Shown piece by piece: positions 10,409 to 20,733 of a stretch of DNA of 64,000 nt; the stretch's first letter is position 1; each line of letters begins with the position of its first letter. Under the pieces are notes generated by a model, which saw only the letters and a program-made list of their open reading frames with translations, was not told the origin of the DNA and searched no databases. The stretch lies in NCBI GenBank assembly GCA_004212135.1, contig RXIE01000127.1:1565-65564 (forward strand). Reading direction: 5' to 3'. Source of the stretch: Candidatus Methanophagales archaeon ANME-1-THS. Lineage in GTDB: Archaea > Halobacteriota > Syntropharchaeia > Alkanophagales > Methanospirareceae. A program made the translations under genes and the position numbers.

Positions 10409-11205
10409 AATCTAATTTTATAAAGCTTCCCGAATATCTCCTTCACCGCAATTACCGCTTTCGAATCATCCGGCAGCTCTATTATCGGTTTGCCAACTAA
10501 GTCATACGCTCGTATCTGCTCATCTTCGGGAACCACCCCGATAAGCGTCAGCCCACTATCCGCTATCAGTCCAGGCAACGCATTCTGAACGTCCTCATCC
10601 TCCGTAACCTTATTCACCACCAGATAGATTTGTCGGACATTTATCTGCAGCTTCTCCGCAAGAATCTTTATCGCCCTGGCGGTTTCGATACCCCGTTTCG
10701 TGGGATCGCTCACCACCAGCAGGGTATCCACATCCCGCGTGGTTCGCCGGCTGAGATGCTCCAGCCCTGCTTCGCAATCGATGAGGACGGTCGAGAACCG
10801 CGCGGATAACTTGTCAATAAAATGTCGTAGCATATCGTTAATCAGGCAATAGCAGCCTGGACCTTCTGAACGACCCATGGCAAGCAGCGAGAAACGAGGG
10901 GTATGCACGAGTATCTCATCCAGCGTGTACTCAATCAGCATATCAGTGGGCATCGTCTCGGAGAAGAAGACCTGTGAAGGCGATGCAATCTCCTCCCTCA
11001 CATCGCCTATCGTCTTCTGTATTCTCACGCCCAACGCGCTCGGGAGGCTTGTCGCCGGATCTGCATCGATTGCCAGTACTCTTCCTCGTCCCTGCTCGGT
11101 GAGCAATTTGAGTACGAGCGATGTTATAATCGTCTTTCCCGTGCCTCCTTTTCCCGCTACTGCGATGATAAAAGCCTTTTTTGCTTCTCCTGTCATTTTT
11201 ACCAC
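10387..11205 (-). CDS. cooC: CooC-type P-loop ATPase (MinD/ParA family; Ni-insertion accessory protein for CODH/ACS-type enzymes)
   Basis: AFIIAVAGKGGTGKTIITSL… deviant Walker A, 272 aa. Confidence 0.75.
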   Translation of the reverse strand: MVKMTGEAKKAFIIAVAGKGGTGKTIITSLVLKLLTEQGRGRVLAIDADPATSLPSALGVRIQKTIGDVREEIASPSQVFFSETMPTDMLIEYTLDEILVHTPRFSLLAMGRSEGPGCYCLINDMLRHFIDKLSARFSTVLIDCEAGLEHLSRRTTRDVDTLLVVSDPTKRGIETARAIKILAEKLQINVRQIYLVVNKVTEDEDVQNALPGLIADSGLTLIGVVPEDEQIRAYDLVGKPIIELPDDSKAVIAVKEIFGKLYKIRLCREELI

Positions 11206-11241
11206 CGCTCGTTCACCCCGCAGGTTCCAAAAAGTCTTAAT

Positions 11242-12183
11242 ATGTACTCGTACTTCTTGTTATATGAATTACGCATGCCTGCGCCGGTTTATCTCGAAAC
11301 CTACGAAAGGGGCGAACTTGAGGAACGGATCGAGCAGTTGATGGATATACTCAACGAGTGTACACTCTGTCCACGCGCCTGTCGTGTCAACCGAACCAGA
11401 GGTGAGACGGGCTATTGCAACTCAGGAAAGGATCTGATAGTCTCCAGTGCACAGCCCCATTACGGGGAGGAAGACGTTTTGGTCGGGACCTACGGCTCAG
11501 GAACAATATTTCTTACCAACTGTAATCTGGGCTGTATATTCTGCCAGAATTACGATATCAGCCACCTGGGATATGGGCAGCGGGTGACCGGGGAGGAATT
11601 TGCACGGAGCATGCTCAGTCTGCAACGAAGAGGTTGCCATAATATCAATCTCGTCACTCCCACCCATTTCACGCCCCAGATCGTAAAAGCACTGAAAATA
11701 GCGATTGAATACGGGCTCCACATCCCTTTGGTGTATAATTGCGGGGGATACGAATCGAAACGAACCATCGAGTTATTGGATGGCATCGTGGATATCTACA
11801 TGCCTGACATCAAGTATAGTGACGAGGCGAGTGCGAGGAAGTATTCAAACGCGCCTGATTACTTCGACGTCTGTAAAGAAGCGGTTAAGGAGATGCATCG
11901 CCAGGTCGGTGATTTAACCGTTGATGCACAGGGGGTCGCGGTAAGAGGACTGCTGATACGTCATTTAGTGCTGCCGAATCATGTGGCCGGCTCTGCAGAA
12001 GTCTTCAAGTTTATCGCAACTGAACTCTCAAAGGAGTCCTATGTCAATATCATGCTGCAATATCGACCTATGTACCGAGCGTATGAGTATAAGGAACTGA
12101 ACCGGAGAATAACCGTGAGCGAATACCAGGAAGCGCTTGATAGCGCGAAGGACTGGGGTTTGCATCGAGGGTTTGAGTACTGA
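11242..12183 (+). CDS. Radical SAM enzyme, AmmeMemoRadiSam-system / PflA-like family
   Basis: N-terminal CTLCPRACRVNRTRGETGYC followed by radical-SAM CNLGCIFCQNYDISH (CX3CX2C). The probable true start is the second Met (MPAPVY…). Confidence 0.65.
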   Translation: MYSYFLLYELRMPAPVYLETYERGELEERIEQLMDILNECTLCPRACRVNRTRGETGYCNSGKDLIVSSAQPHYGEEDVLVGTYGSGTIFLTNCNLGCIFCQNYDISHLGYGQRVTGEEFARSMLSLQRRGCHNINLVTPTHFTPQIVKALKIAIEYGLHIPLVYNCGGYESKRTIELLDGIVDIYMPDIKYSDEASARKYSNAPDYFDVCKEAVKEMHRQVGDLTVDAQGVAVRGLLIRHLVLPNHVAGSAEVFKFIATELSKESYVNIMLQYRPMYRAYEYKELNRRITVSEYQEALDSAKDWGLHRGFEY

Positions 12184-12185
12184 CG

Positions 12186-12986
12186 ATGTGGGGAAAGCAG
12201 GAGAATGAACTGATATTTCTGGGAACCGCAGGTGCGAGGTTCGTCATGATCACGCAGTTGCGCTCTTCTGCGGGGACTGTCATGAGCTTGAAAGATACCA
12301 CGATCCTCATCGATCCGGGTCCCGGAACGTTGGTAAAATTCACGGCAAGCAAGCCAAAGCTCAACCCCGCCAAATTGGATGCGATTCTGCTCACGCATAA
12401 ACATTTGGACCATTCAAATGATGTCAACGTGATGATCGAAGCGATGACTGAGGGCGGCTTCAAGCCCAAAGGGATACTGCTCGCGCCCAACGATGCCTTA
12501 ACCGATGCGGGAGACGCGGTTGTTTTGAACTATTATAAAGGGCTCGTCGATAAGATCGAGGTGCTCGAGGAAGGGGGTAGTTATGCAGTCGGTAACCTCG
12601 AGCTCCACACACCGAAACGGCATGTGCATGGCATTGTGGAAACCTACGGGCTGAACATAAAGGTACAGGATGACCCTAAGACCACCGTTTCTTTTATTGC
12701 TGATACGCTCTATTTCGATGGGCTGGAGCGGTATTATGAGGGCGAGGTGCTCGTCCTGAACGTGGCGATGTATAAACGGCGCGAAGGTGTTGATCATCTC
12801 TCGGTGGAGGATGCGAAGAGGATTATAGAAGCGAGGAGCCCAAAGGTTGCTATACTCACCCATTTCGGCATGACCATGCTCAGAAATAAGCCATGGGAGA
12901 TCGCGAAGCAGCTCAGTCGAGAGACGGGCGTGAATGTGATCGCGGCACGTGATGGGATGCGATTTGACCTCAACCCGTTTATCTGA
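12186..12986 (+). CDS. MBL-fold metallo-hydrolase
   Basis: LTHKHLDHSND (HxHxDH) motif, 266 aa. Confidence 0.7.
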   Translation: MWGKQENELIFLGTAGARFVMITQLRSSAGTVMSLKDTTILIDPGPGTLVKFTASKPKLNPAKLDAILLTHKHLDHSNDVNVMIEAMTEGGFKPKGILLAPNDALTDAGDAVVLNYYKGLVDKIEVLEEGGSYAVGNLELHTPKRHVHGIVETYGLNIKVQDDPKTTVSFIADTLYFDGLERYYEGEVLVLNVAMYKRREGVDHLSVEDAKRIIEARSPKVAILTHFGMTMLRNKPWEIAKQLSRETGVNVIAARDGMRFDLNPFI

Positions 12987-13223
12987 GCGCTTCTCCCCAG
13001 CCGCCCGACGGTTCGCTCATGATGGTACCTATGGTTCTAACCTCAGGTTCGTACCTCATTTCCGTACCACAAGTTCCTAACCCTTTTTATAGTTCTGTTC
13101 CTAATCGTCCTTCTGGACGGTTCATCACTACAAATTGTATGAAGAGAGGCTCTTTGGGGAATTGGATCGTGATACTGAGAGGCAACCTGCTCAAACAGAC
13201 GCCGGGCGGGGAGGTGTGAGGAG

Positions 13224-13748
13224 TTGAAGAAAAGAAGTCGCCTCGTCTTGGGACTTTCCATCGCCTTTGATCTCGCCGTACTCCTAATTCTTCTGGTCGT
13301 CGTATCGGTATACACGGACATACCGCAGCTCGAACCGGTGAGAAAGCAAGTTGACTCTTTTAAAGCGGTATTGAACTCGTTCTCTGCCCAAGCACCAGAA
13401 GAAATTGTAACCAAGGAACCGCATGAAAATGTAACGATAGAAGAGATATTACGAGATCCAGAGCTCTATAACGGGAGAATTGTTACGACTCAAGGGAGAC
13501 TGATTAAAAGTACTAACTACCCCTATAAAGAGACTCCAGAAGGAGAAAAGCTCTGGTATGCATTGAATGATCGGAACTTTGTCATTTCGATCGTCCCACC
13601 ATTACCCGCAACTCGCACGTATAACGCGGGCGAAACGTATCATGTAAAAGGACGAGTTAAGTATATAGAAACCAGAGAGTACATGAGTACCAAAGCGTAC
13701 ACTTGGGAAATCGCATTGGTCCCTCATGAGATGACAAAAATAAGTTAA
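13224..13748 (+). CDS. N-terminally membrane-anchored hypothetical protein
   Basis: TM helix (LVLGLSIAFDLAVLLILLVVV) and a soluble domain. No recognisable family. Confidence 0.35.
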   Translation: MKKRSRLVLGLSIAFDLAVLLILLVVVSVYTDIPQLEPVRKQVDSFKAVLNSFSAQAPEEIVTKEPHENVTIEEILRDPELYNGRIVTTQGRLIKSTNYPYKETPEGEKLWYALNDRNFVISIVPPLPATRTYNAGETYHVKGRVKYIETREYMSTKAYTWEIALVPHEMTKIS

Positions 13749-13795
13749 CGGTTCAGGCACGGCTGCCCTGCACAACTACTCGTGGGTGATACCCT

Positions 13796-14830
13796 ATGGC
13801 ACAGCGTGAGCTTCCTCTACCTCCTCACTTCGTCCCTGATAAGGTTGGTACCGTCTGGAAGGTTCTCTATCAGGAACGTGCTCGGGAGGCTGAACAATGG
13901 GCGGAGCAGCATTCCATACTACCGGCGGCCACTGACCGATTCAAAATCTGTCTCGTGGCGGTCGACGTGCAGAATACCTTCTGTATCCCGGGCTTTGAAT
14001 TATTCGTGGCCGGTCGTTCCGGGTCAGGCGCGGTTGACGACAATCGGAGGTTGTGTGCATTTATATACCGGAACCTGGATGTGATTACCCGGATCTCGCC
14101 GACGATGGATACACATCAGGCAGTGCAGATCTTTCATTCGGTATTCTGGATCAATGACAAAGGCGAGCATCCAGGACCGTACACGCTCATCTCGGAACAG
14201 GATGTAACGAGCGGTCGGTGGAGGTTTAATCCGGCACTCAGTTATAGTCTCGGGATCGATGAGCACTACGCACAGCGGCACCTCAGGCACTATACCCGGA
14301 GATTGAAGGAGGGTGGAAAATATCAACTGACCATCTGGCCCTATCACGTCATGCTGGGAAGCATTGGTCATGCCCTCGTTTCGGCAGTCGAGGAAGCGAT
14401 CTTCTTCCATAGCATAGCACGGTACTGCCAACCGAATTTTCAGCTCAAGGGGAACAATCCATTTACCGAGCACTATTCGGTCCTCGGTCCAGAGGTGCTG
14501 GACGGCCCTGATGGTGCGCCACTTGCACAGCGGAATCGCTCGTTCATCGAGCAGCTCGTGCAGTTCGACGCGGTCATCATCGCCGGGCAGGCTAAGAGCC
14601 ACTGTGTTGCCTGGACAGTTGAGGATCTCCTGAAGGAGATCTCAGTTCGCGATACGAAGTTGGCGGCGAAGGTCTACCTCCTCGAAGATTGTACCTCACC
14701 GGTCGTGGTACCCGGTGTGATGGACTATACAGATGAGGCCGATGCAGCATTCAGGAGATTCGCCGATGCCGGTATGCATATCGTCCGGTCCACCGACCCC
14801 ATCGAGAGCTGGCCGGGTATCAAGCGTTGA
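13796..14830 (+). CDS. Isochorismatase-family hydrolase (nicotinamidase-like)
   Basis: [16 protein letters not shown] resembles the nicotinamidase/isochorismatase N-terminal VDxQNDF motif. 344 aa is longer than classic PncA. Confidence 0.55.
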   Translation: MAQRELPLPPHFVPDKVGTVWKVLYQERAREAEQWAEQHSILPAATDRFKICLVAVDVQNTFCIPGFELFVAGRSGSGAVDDNRRLCAFIYRNLDVITRISPTMDTHQAVQIFHSVFWINDKGEHPGPYTLISEQDVTSGRWRFNPALSYSLGIDEHYAQRHLRHYTRRLKEGGKYQLTIWPYHVMLGSIGHALVSAVEEAIFFHSIARYCQPNFQLKGNNPFTEHYSVLGPEVLDGPDGAPLAQRNRSFIEQLVQFDAVIIAGQAKSHCVAWTVEDLLKEISVRDTKLAAKVYLLEDCTSPVVVPGVMDYTDEADAAFRRFADAGMHIVRSTDPIESWPGIKR

Positions 14831-14831
14831 G

Positions 14832-15656
14832 TTAGCGCCTCTCAAAGGATATAAGAATCGCCGGAACAGAATAATTATTGATAACCGCTTTGATTTCACC
14901 CCTGCAGGCATAGAGGGGATATGCGATTAAATATGCAAACGCACCGCCGTGAAGCAGCATTCCAATATCAGAATAATGAGCAATGAGCTCCAAATTCACC
15001 ATAGATAGAAGAACAAAAACGATGAGCAGAGCCCAACCCCGTTTCAGACCCACTCTAACAACCGTGGTACTCGAATTCCCCAGATCTTCATTGTAATCAT
15101 TTATTTGATGCGTGAGGAGAGACTCGCTCCCTATGATCATAAACAGGGATGCAATCAACAGAGTAAGCATATTTAACTCATCTCCTGCCAGTGTAAACCC
15201 CGCTAAAAAGGGAAATAAGCCAAACATCATACCATGAGTTACTATATCAACAATAAACCGCTCTTTGAGCCGTATATATCGTACTGAATAGAGCGTGAGA
15301 AATACAATACTTACCATCGTGAATAAAAATCCGCGTCGTGTCAAAAAGCAGGAAAGTACGATTGGGATTACGAGCAGCACACTCATGAGCATAAACGTTC
15401 CTTGCTTCGTTATTTTGCCCGCAGAAAGAGGATTTTTACCCATCATGACTTTCTTCGTATTCCGATTGTCTATTTCAACATCGAAGTAGTTGTTTATGAC
15501 GAACCCATAGCTTATCACACAGAAGAAGATTATGCCGGCTATGATAAGTACAGTGGGCGTAGCATCTCCTAAAATCGCGCCGATAAGCGGGATGGGTATA
15601 AAGAACTTTATCCATTCCTTGACCCTCAGCATCTTGAGATAGTCCTTTGCGTTCAT
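14832..15656 (-). CDS. UbiA-family prenyltransferase (integral membrane)
   Basis: NNYFDVEIDNRN (NxxxDxxxD) and multiple TM helices. Confidence 0.75.
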   Translation of the reverse strand: MNAKDYLKMLRVKEWIKFFIPIPLIGAILGDATPTVLIIAGIIFFCVISYGFVINNYFDVEIDNRNTKKVMMGKNPLSAGKITKQGTFMLMSVLLVIPIVLSCFLTRRGFLFTMVSIVFLTLYSVRYIRLKERFIVDIVTHGMMFGLFPFLAGFTLAGDELNMLTLLIASLFMIIGSESLLTHQINDYNEDLGNSSTTVVRVGLKRGWALLIVFVLLSMVNLELIAHYSDIGMLLHGGAFAYLIAYPLYACRGEIKAVINNYSVPAILISFERR

Positions 15657-15898
15657 CTTATCCGCTCCATCGCCGCATTCGAGACCCGCATTTCATCCTC
15701 TTTATCTGCAATAAATAGTTCATATATATGTATAAATATATTCATAGTACTAACGGCACTGAAAAACGCACCAAGAATAAGGGAAATGGCGGTCTCGAGA
15801 GTTCTGACCGCCTCAATGATTGTCATGAGCACGGTAATCTTAACCCATTTATCGCTTCTCCCAACGCAGCAGGGGCATGGAAACGGCCGGTAATCTCT

Positions 15899-16282
15899 CT
15901 AATAAAACAGTATCGCCTTTAGTTCCAGAACGCGGGTAATCTCATCTAATATCTCCTGTATTTTACCCTTTACTCGCCTCCATGCCTCCTGAACAGGAAC
16001 CGCGGTATAAACATATTTAAGCCTTTTCCCCTCTTCTACCCTTTTTATTATAAATCCTTCCTGGTCCAATCGCTGGATATATTTCCGTATGGTTCGTTCT
16101 GAAAGATTCAGGAGGTTCTCAATCTGTTTTATCGTTAACGAGGAGTTTAGTAAAAGATTATAAATTTTGATCTCTATTGGCTTAAAATTAAGAAACCCTA
16201 AACTAACATTTAATAACTCAATTGGTTTCCTGCCTTCTTTCAACGCCTTTTCTATATCCGCGATATAATTTCTTTTTATCAT
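15899..16282 (-). CDS. Winged-helix HTH transcriptional regulator
   Basis: LTIKQIENLLNLSERTIRKYIQRLDQEGFIIKR HTH region, 127 aa. Confidence 0.55.
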   Translation of the reverse strand: MIKRNYIADIEKALKEGRKPIELLNVSLGFLNFKPIEIKIYNLLLNSSLTIKQIENLLNLSERTIRKYIQRLDQEGFIIKRVEEGKRLKYVYTAVPVQEAWRRVKGKIQEILDEITRVLELKAILFY

Positions 16283-16366
16283 GAGTGCATTATACTATGA
16301 ATAAATTACTATATAAAAGCTTCAGAGGTATGAATCTTTTAGCACGATGAATCAACCTTTCTAAAG

Positions 16367-16801
16367 TCACGCTAACAATCGTTTTATCACCTTATCCAGG
16401 ATGCAACTGCGCGAGATAATCCCCACCAACTGGTCGCCTTCCATGACGAGTAAGCGACCCACGCCGGCTTTCGTCATCTTCTCGATCGCATCAATGACAC
16501 ACTCTTCAGGACTGGCACAGATCAATCTGGTGCTCATACGCTCCTTAACGCGAATCGTATCCCAGTCCTCTCGCGCCACCCGAAGCAAATCCTTGTACGA
16601 GATGACGCCCGTTACCTTATTCGCCTGATTCACCACAGGATAACCCTGATGCTGGTATTTAGTGATTAAAGCATCCAGCTCCTTTAAAGTTGCTTCCTCC
16701 GGTATCGTGATCACGTTGGGTTCCATAATCGCGCCTACAGTGACGCACTTGAGCCAGCCGCGGCCTTCAGCCAACCGCTTTATCTTATCCGGGATCGCCA
16801 T
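16367..16801 (-). CDS. CBS domain pair protein
   Basis: Two CBS repeats (…IMEPNVITIPEEATL… / …VIDAIEKMTKAGVGRLLVMEGDQLVGIISRSCILD). Confidence 0.75.
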   Translation of the reverse strand: MAIPDKIKRLAEGRGWLKCVTVGAIMEPNVITIPEEATLKELDALITKYQHQGYPVVNQANKVTGVISYKDLLRVAREDWDTIRVKERMSTRLICASPEECVIDAIEKMTKAGVGRLLVMEGDQLVGIISRSCILDKVIKRLLA

Positions 16802-16835
16802 CAGCCTCCCCTCCCTGGTTCTTCATCCCTCATAC

Positions 16836-17984
16836 TCATTCCTGTCTCTTCCCTCGCTCGAAGAGCACGAGAACCGCGGGCACCACGGTCAGTGCCGCGA
16901 CCATGCTACAGGTCACGCCCATCGCCAGCATCTTCCCCATCTCCTGCATCATGGGCAGTTCACCGAGCGAGAGGCACAGGAATCCGGTTACCGCTGCAAT
17001 CGTCGTGATAAGCATCGGGTAAAAGACATTGGAGAGGGTATTCACCATCGCCTCTTCTCGTGCGTACGATTGCAACTCATACCTGAACCGCTTCGTCACC
17101 TGAATCCCAAAATCGATCCCGATACCCATGATCATCGCGAGTGCACCTGAGGTCATCGGGGTCACCTCAAATCCAATCAGGTAAAGTATGCCGTAGGTCC
17201 ATACAGTGCCGAGGAGAATGGTTAAGAGCGGAATGAGCCCGTACTTGATCGAAACGAAGAGAAGAATAAGAATAATAATGATGAGCGCGAAGCTGACCAA
17301 AGACGTTTTTTGCATCGTCTCGCCCGCGAGTCGCTCCATCGTTACCCCGATCACGGGGTCGCCTGTAATCTCTACCCTGATACCCGGCGGAGGCGGTAAT
17401 CGAATCACCTCCTGTAATTCATCAACCACGTCGTGTTCGTCTATCTCGTCCAATAAGGTCAGCCGCACCACACTGAGCGTATAATCAGTGCTGATATAAC
17501 TGCTGAGCTGCTGCTCGAGCAGCGGATTCTGCCTCAGCAACGACTTCACACTGGCTAACGAACCCGGTATAATCCCGCGATTCCCAGCCTTGATCACGTC
17601 AGCAGCACTTCTCGCATCGATGATTCCATAGACCAACTGAGCCCGCGCGGAGAGCGCATCGACATACCGTAAGGCTTCAGGATCACGCACGTCCCGGATC
17701 TCCAGGGAGTTGCTATAGCGCGGATCAACCTCCACCACAATGGTCGAACTGGAGAAGGTGCCGGCAAATTGATCTGATACGAGCTTGAGCGTCTCAATGA
17801 CCTCGACATGCTCGGGAAGCATATCCTCTTGCGACATCCCCACCGTCTCCATCTTCGATGCGTAATAGCCGAGGACGATGGTGACCAGGCAAAAGAGCGC
17901 TAAAAGGAGCATTTTACGATACGCGACAAATGCTGCATACCGCTTCAAGAGTCTCCTATTTTCTCCGCTTTGGTTATCGCGCAT
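16836..17984 (-). CDS. MMPL/RND-superfamily transporter half (sterol-sensing-like 6-TM domain), subunit 2
   Basis: N-terminal TM, an extracytoplasmic domain and a C-terminal multi-TM bundle. Paralogous to the upstream gene. Confidence 0.6.
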   Translation of the reverse strand: MRDNQSGENRRLLKRYAAFVAYRKMLLLALFCLVTIVLGYYASKMETVGMSQEDMLPEHVEVIETLKLVSDQFAGTFSSSTIVVEVDPRYSNSLEIRDVRDPEALRYVDALSARAQLVYGIIDARSAADVIKAGNRGIIPGSLASVKSLLRQNPLLEQQLSSYISTDYTLSVVRLTLLDEIDEHDVVDELQEVIRLPPPPGIRVEITGDPVIGVTMERLAGETMQKTSLVSFALIIIILILLFVSIKYGLIPLLTILLGTVWTYGILYLIGFEVTPMTSGALAMIMGIGIDFGIQVTKRFRYELQSYAREEAMVNTLSNVFYPMLITTIAAVTGFLCLSLGELPMMQEMGKMLAMGVTCSMVAALTVVPAVLVLFERGKRQE

Positions 17985-19155
17985 CTGACCTCCCTTCCTT
18001 AGCCCAGCTATACAACCAGTCGGCTAATCGCTTCGATTGAAGCCGCTCTTCAAAGAGTATGAAACAGGGATTCGCCACGGTGGCCGCAACCCAGCAGAAC
18101 CCTATACCGAGCGCGAGTGTCTGGCCGAGGTGCTGAACCATCGGCAAAAAGGAGAGCGTCAGGGCGAGGAAAGCCGCAGCAGTAGTAGTCCCCGAACCAA
18201 AGGTTGATGCACCTATATTAGAGACCGTAATCCGTAAGGCTACTTCCGGTGTGGTGCGCTGACGTTCCTCGTAATAACGCGAGACCATAAAGATGCCGTA
18301 CTCGACACCGAGACCCAGAAGGATAGCACCAATCACACCGGTGGCGACGGATATCTTAATACCAAGATAACCCAGGGTGCCAAAGGTCCAGACGATGGTG
18401 AGGATGAGTGGCAGGAAGACAATAAAACCACGTGAGAACGATCGCTCCAGTACGACTAATAATCCGAAGATGATAATCGCCGCCGCCAAAGTCGTCACCA
18501 CCGTGTCTCCTTTGAGCAGTCGCACGACCTCAACAATGAGTGGCGCGTTACCCGTGATCCGGTAGTTCACCCCTGCAGGTTTCGTAATCGCTTCGATATC
18601 ACGCTGAATGAGCTTCGTCATCTTTGTCACCTTCTCTTCATCCGTCCCTATCGCGGTATACGCATAGATCAGCATAACGCTGCTGTCACGATTAAAGAAC
18701 AGCTCCGCTCCAGGCGTTGCAGCTAAAATCGCTTTCACGCCCTCAATATCCTCGGGCACGCCACGCTGAAAGACCGGTGCGATAGACCGAACACCTTCAA
18801 TCGAAGGTTCTGCTGCCAGACGCGCATGCAGTTCAACCACCGATTTGATCACCCGTGGGTCCTTAAGATCGCGCGGAACGCCCTCCGCACCACTCTCATC
18901 ATCCAGTTCGACGGCAATAACCAGGAACTCTTCGCCCGTGAACGTGTTTGCAATCCGCTTCTGCATCTGAAACACCGGCAAATCCCTGGGCCATTCCTTC
19001 GAAAGGTCGCCTTGAAACTCGAGAAGCGTCATCCCATAGCCCAGAACTACCGTTATGAGTACAATCACGAGGATTATCCTCCTGTAATGCCGGTATTGTA
19101 CCGCTGCAAGATGTTCCAGCGCTCTTTCCACACCTATCTTCCCTTTGGGATCCAT
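17974..19155 (-). CDS. MMPL/RND-superfamily transporter half, subunit 1
   Basis: Same architecture as 16836-17984. Overlaps its start by 11 nt, i.e. a split RND/MMPL exporter. Confidence 0.6.
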   Translation of the reverse strand: MDPKGKIGVERALEHLAAVQYRHYRRIILVIVLITVVLGYGMTLLEFQGDLSKEWPRDLPVFQMQKRIANTFTGEEFLVIAVELDDESGAEGVPRDLKDPRVIKSVVELHARLAAEPSIEGVRSIAPVFQRGVPEDIEGVKAILAATPGAELFFNRDSSVMLIYAYTAIGTDEEKVTKMTKLIQRDIEAITKPAGVNYRITGNAPLIVEVVRLLKGDTVVTTLAAAIIIFGLLVVLERSFSRGFIVFLPLILTIVWTFGTLGYLGIKISVATGVIGAILLGLGVEYGIFMVSRYYEERQRTTPEVALRITVSNIGASTFGSGTTTAAAFLALTLSFLPMVQHLGQTLALGIGFCWVAATVANPCFILFEERLQSKRLADWLYSWAKEGRSDAR

Positions 19156-19214
19156 TCGATTAACCCCTCTCTCTTATGCGCACCGGCACGCCCATCTGTC
19201 CTCAGTGAGCAGGG

Positions 19215-20555
19215 TCAAACCCGTTTTCTTAGCCTTGCTCCGATGGCGAAGACGAAAATCAGTGCGATCAGACCTGATAGCGCCCCAAATCCGGGTATAA
19301 CCGAGCTTCTGGGCGATCGTCCCGGCGTCACGTCCAGTTTGATCTCCTTGTTGAAGAGGTATACGTTATCATCGCCGAGGTTACGATCGCCGGTGCATCG
19401 TATCTCTATACCGATTGGATACCCTTTCGGTACTGCATCGGTATCCACATCGAACTTCAGGATCGCAGTGCCTGCTTCTCCGATCGCGAGATTACCGACA
19501 AAATCGCTCTTCACATCGTAGTCGAAGGGCACGTTCGCCTCACCCGTCATGCGCACACTCGCGGATTCCGCTTTCGCCGAACCAACATTCCTGATCGTAA
19601 CATACAGGACTACACCGGAATAACCCGGGGTTAGGTTCATCGGCACGGTATAATATGAAGTGATCTCAAAGGCGGGTTTAGGCTTCACCAGAATCGCCAC
19701 CTCACGCATCACCTCGTACTCGTTCCCCTTTGTATCTTTATACCGTATCTGGAGTGGTATGGTCTGCGTTCCTGATGCAATCCCCTCAGCAATATCAAGG
19801 TGGAATACCGCCTCGCTCTTCTCACCGGAATTTAATCGCCCGATGTATGAACGGTCTGTCCCGGACCACGAGGGCGTGAATTTATCATTGAGGAGCATTT
19901 TTGCCTCTATATCCTTTGCCGCCGCTTCCCCACTGTTCTCTATCACTGCTCTGAGTTCCACATTCCTATCGCCCGGTCGTATCCCTGCGGGGTCAGTTGT
20001 GACATCGCCAACATTGATCACTGCACTTCCCGTTACGCTGAACGACAGTCCTAAGAGCTTGGTTATTTCAGGGCTGGTTACATAGCCTGCGGAGGAATTG
20101 AAATAATATTCACGCCAGGAGCAGTTAACTGGAATGGAATAAACCCCAGTGGGCGCTTCTTCTTTTATATGGATCGTAATTCGTACGTCCGTCGAGCTCC
20201 ATGAGTTCAGGGTATTGATATGCATGACGGTGGGCCCCACGAGTGAGACCACCTGAGTCCCCTGGAATGCTAATCGAATATCCCTCGCATCTATTCCGCC
20301 GTTGTTCTTTACCGTCACGATGACCTCGCTCGTCTCGCCAGGACTGAACTCGGTCGGCCGTACCCCGGTGATGGTAATCGATGAGAATATCGCCGTGGCA
20401 GTTGGAACGACGGACGGTATGGGTAAGGAATAAAAAGGTGCAATAGAACCGAGGAATACCAGACTGAGCGTGAGAAGCGCGATCAACTTCTTCCGCCCGG
20501 GCTTCTTCCTCTCTTCCCGCTTCATTCCCCGGCTGCCATCGATCTCTTTTCGCAT
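19215..20555 (-). CDS. COG1361-like S-layer/adhesion-domain protein with a PGF-CTERM anchor
   Basis: Signal peptide, repeated beta-rich domains, C-terminal IPGFGALSGLIALIFVFAIGARLRKRV. It is the usual partner of MMPL transporters in archaea. Confidence 0.6.
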   Translation of the reverse strand: MRKEIDGSRGMKREERKKPGRKKLIALLTLSLVFLGSIAPFYSLPIPSVVPTATAIFSSITITGVRPTEFSPGETSEVIVTVKNNGGIDARDIRLAFQGTQVVSLVGPTVMHINTLNSWSSTDVRITIHIKEEAPTGVYSIPVNCSWREYYFNSSAGYVTSPEITKLLGLSFSVTGSAVINVGDVTTDPAGIRPGDRNVELRAVIENSGEAAAKDIEAKMLLNDKFTPSWSGTDRSYIGRLNSGEKSEAVFHLDIAEGIASGTQTIPLQIRYKDTKGNEYEVMREVAILVKPKPAFEITSYYTVPMNLTPGYSGVVLYVTIRNVGSAKAESASVRMTGEANVPFDYDVKSDFVGNLAIGEAGTAILKFDVDTDAVPKGYPIGIEIRCTGDRNLGDDNVYLFNKEIKLDVTPGRSPRSSVIPGFGALSGLIALIFVFAIGARLRKRV

Positions 20556-20733
20556 ACCGTGTATAATACCCCTATTACAGTTCGTGGTCTATCCTCGATT
20601 ATTCTGGAAAAGAAAAAGTCTGAGTATATAAAGATTTACGAGCAGAAATATACGCTAAAACTATACGCTTTGAAAAGCAGGACCTGGTAAGCGACGCTAA
20701 ACGATTTTAATCTGCTCTAAGCTGCATTCATGC

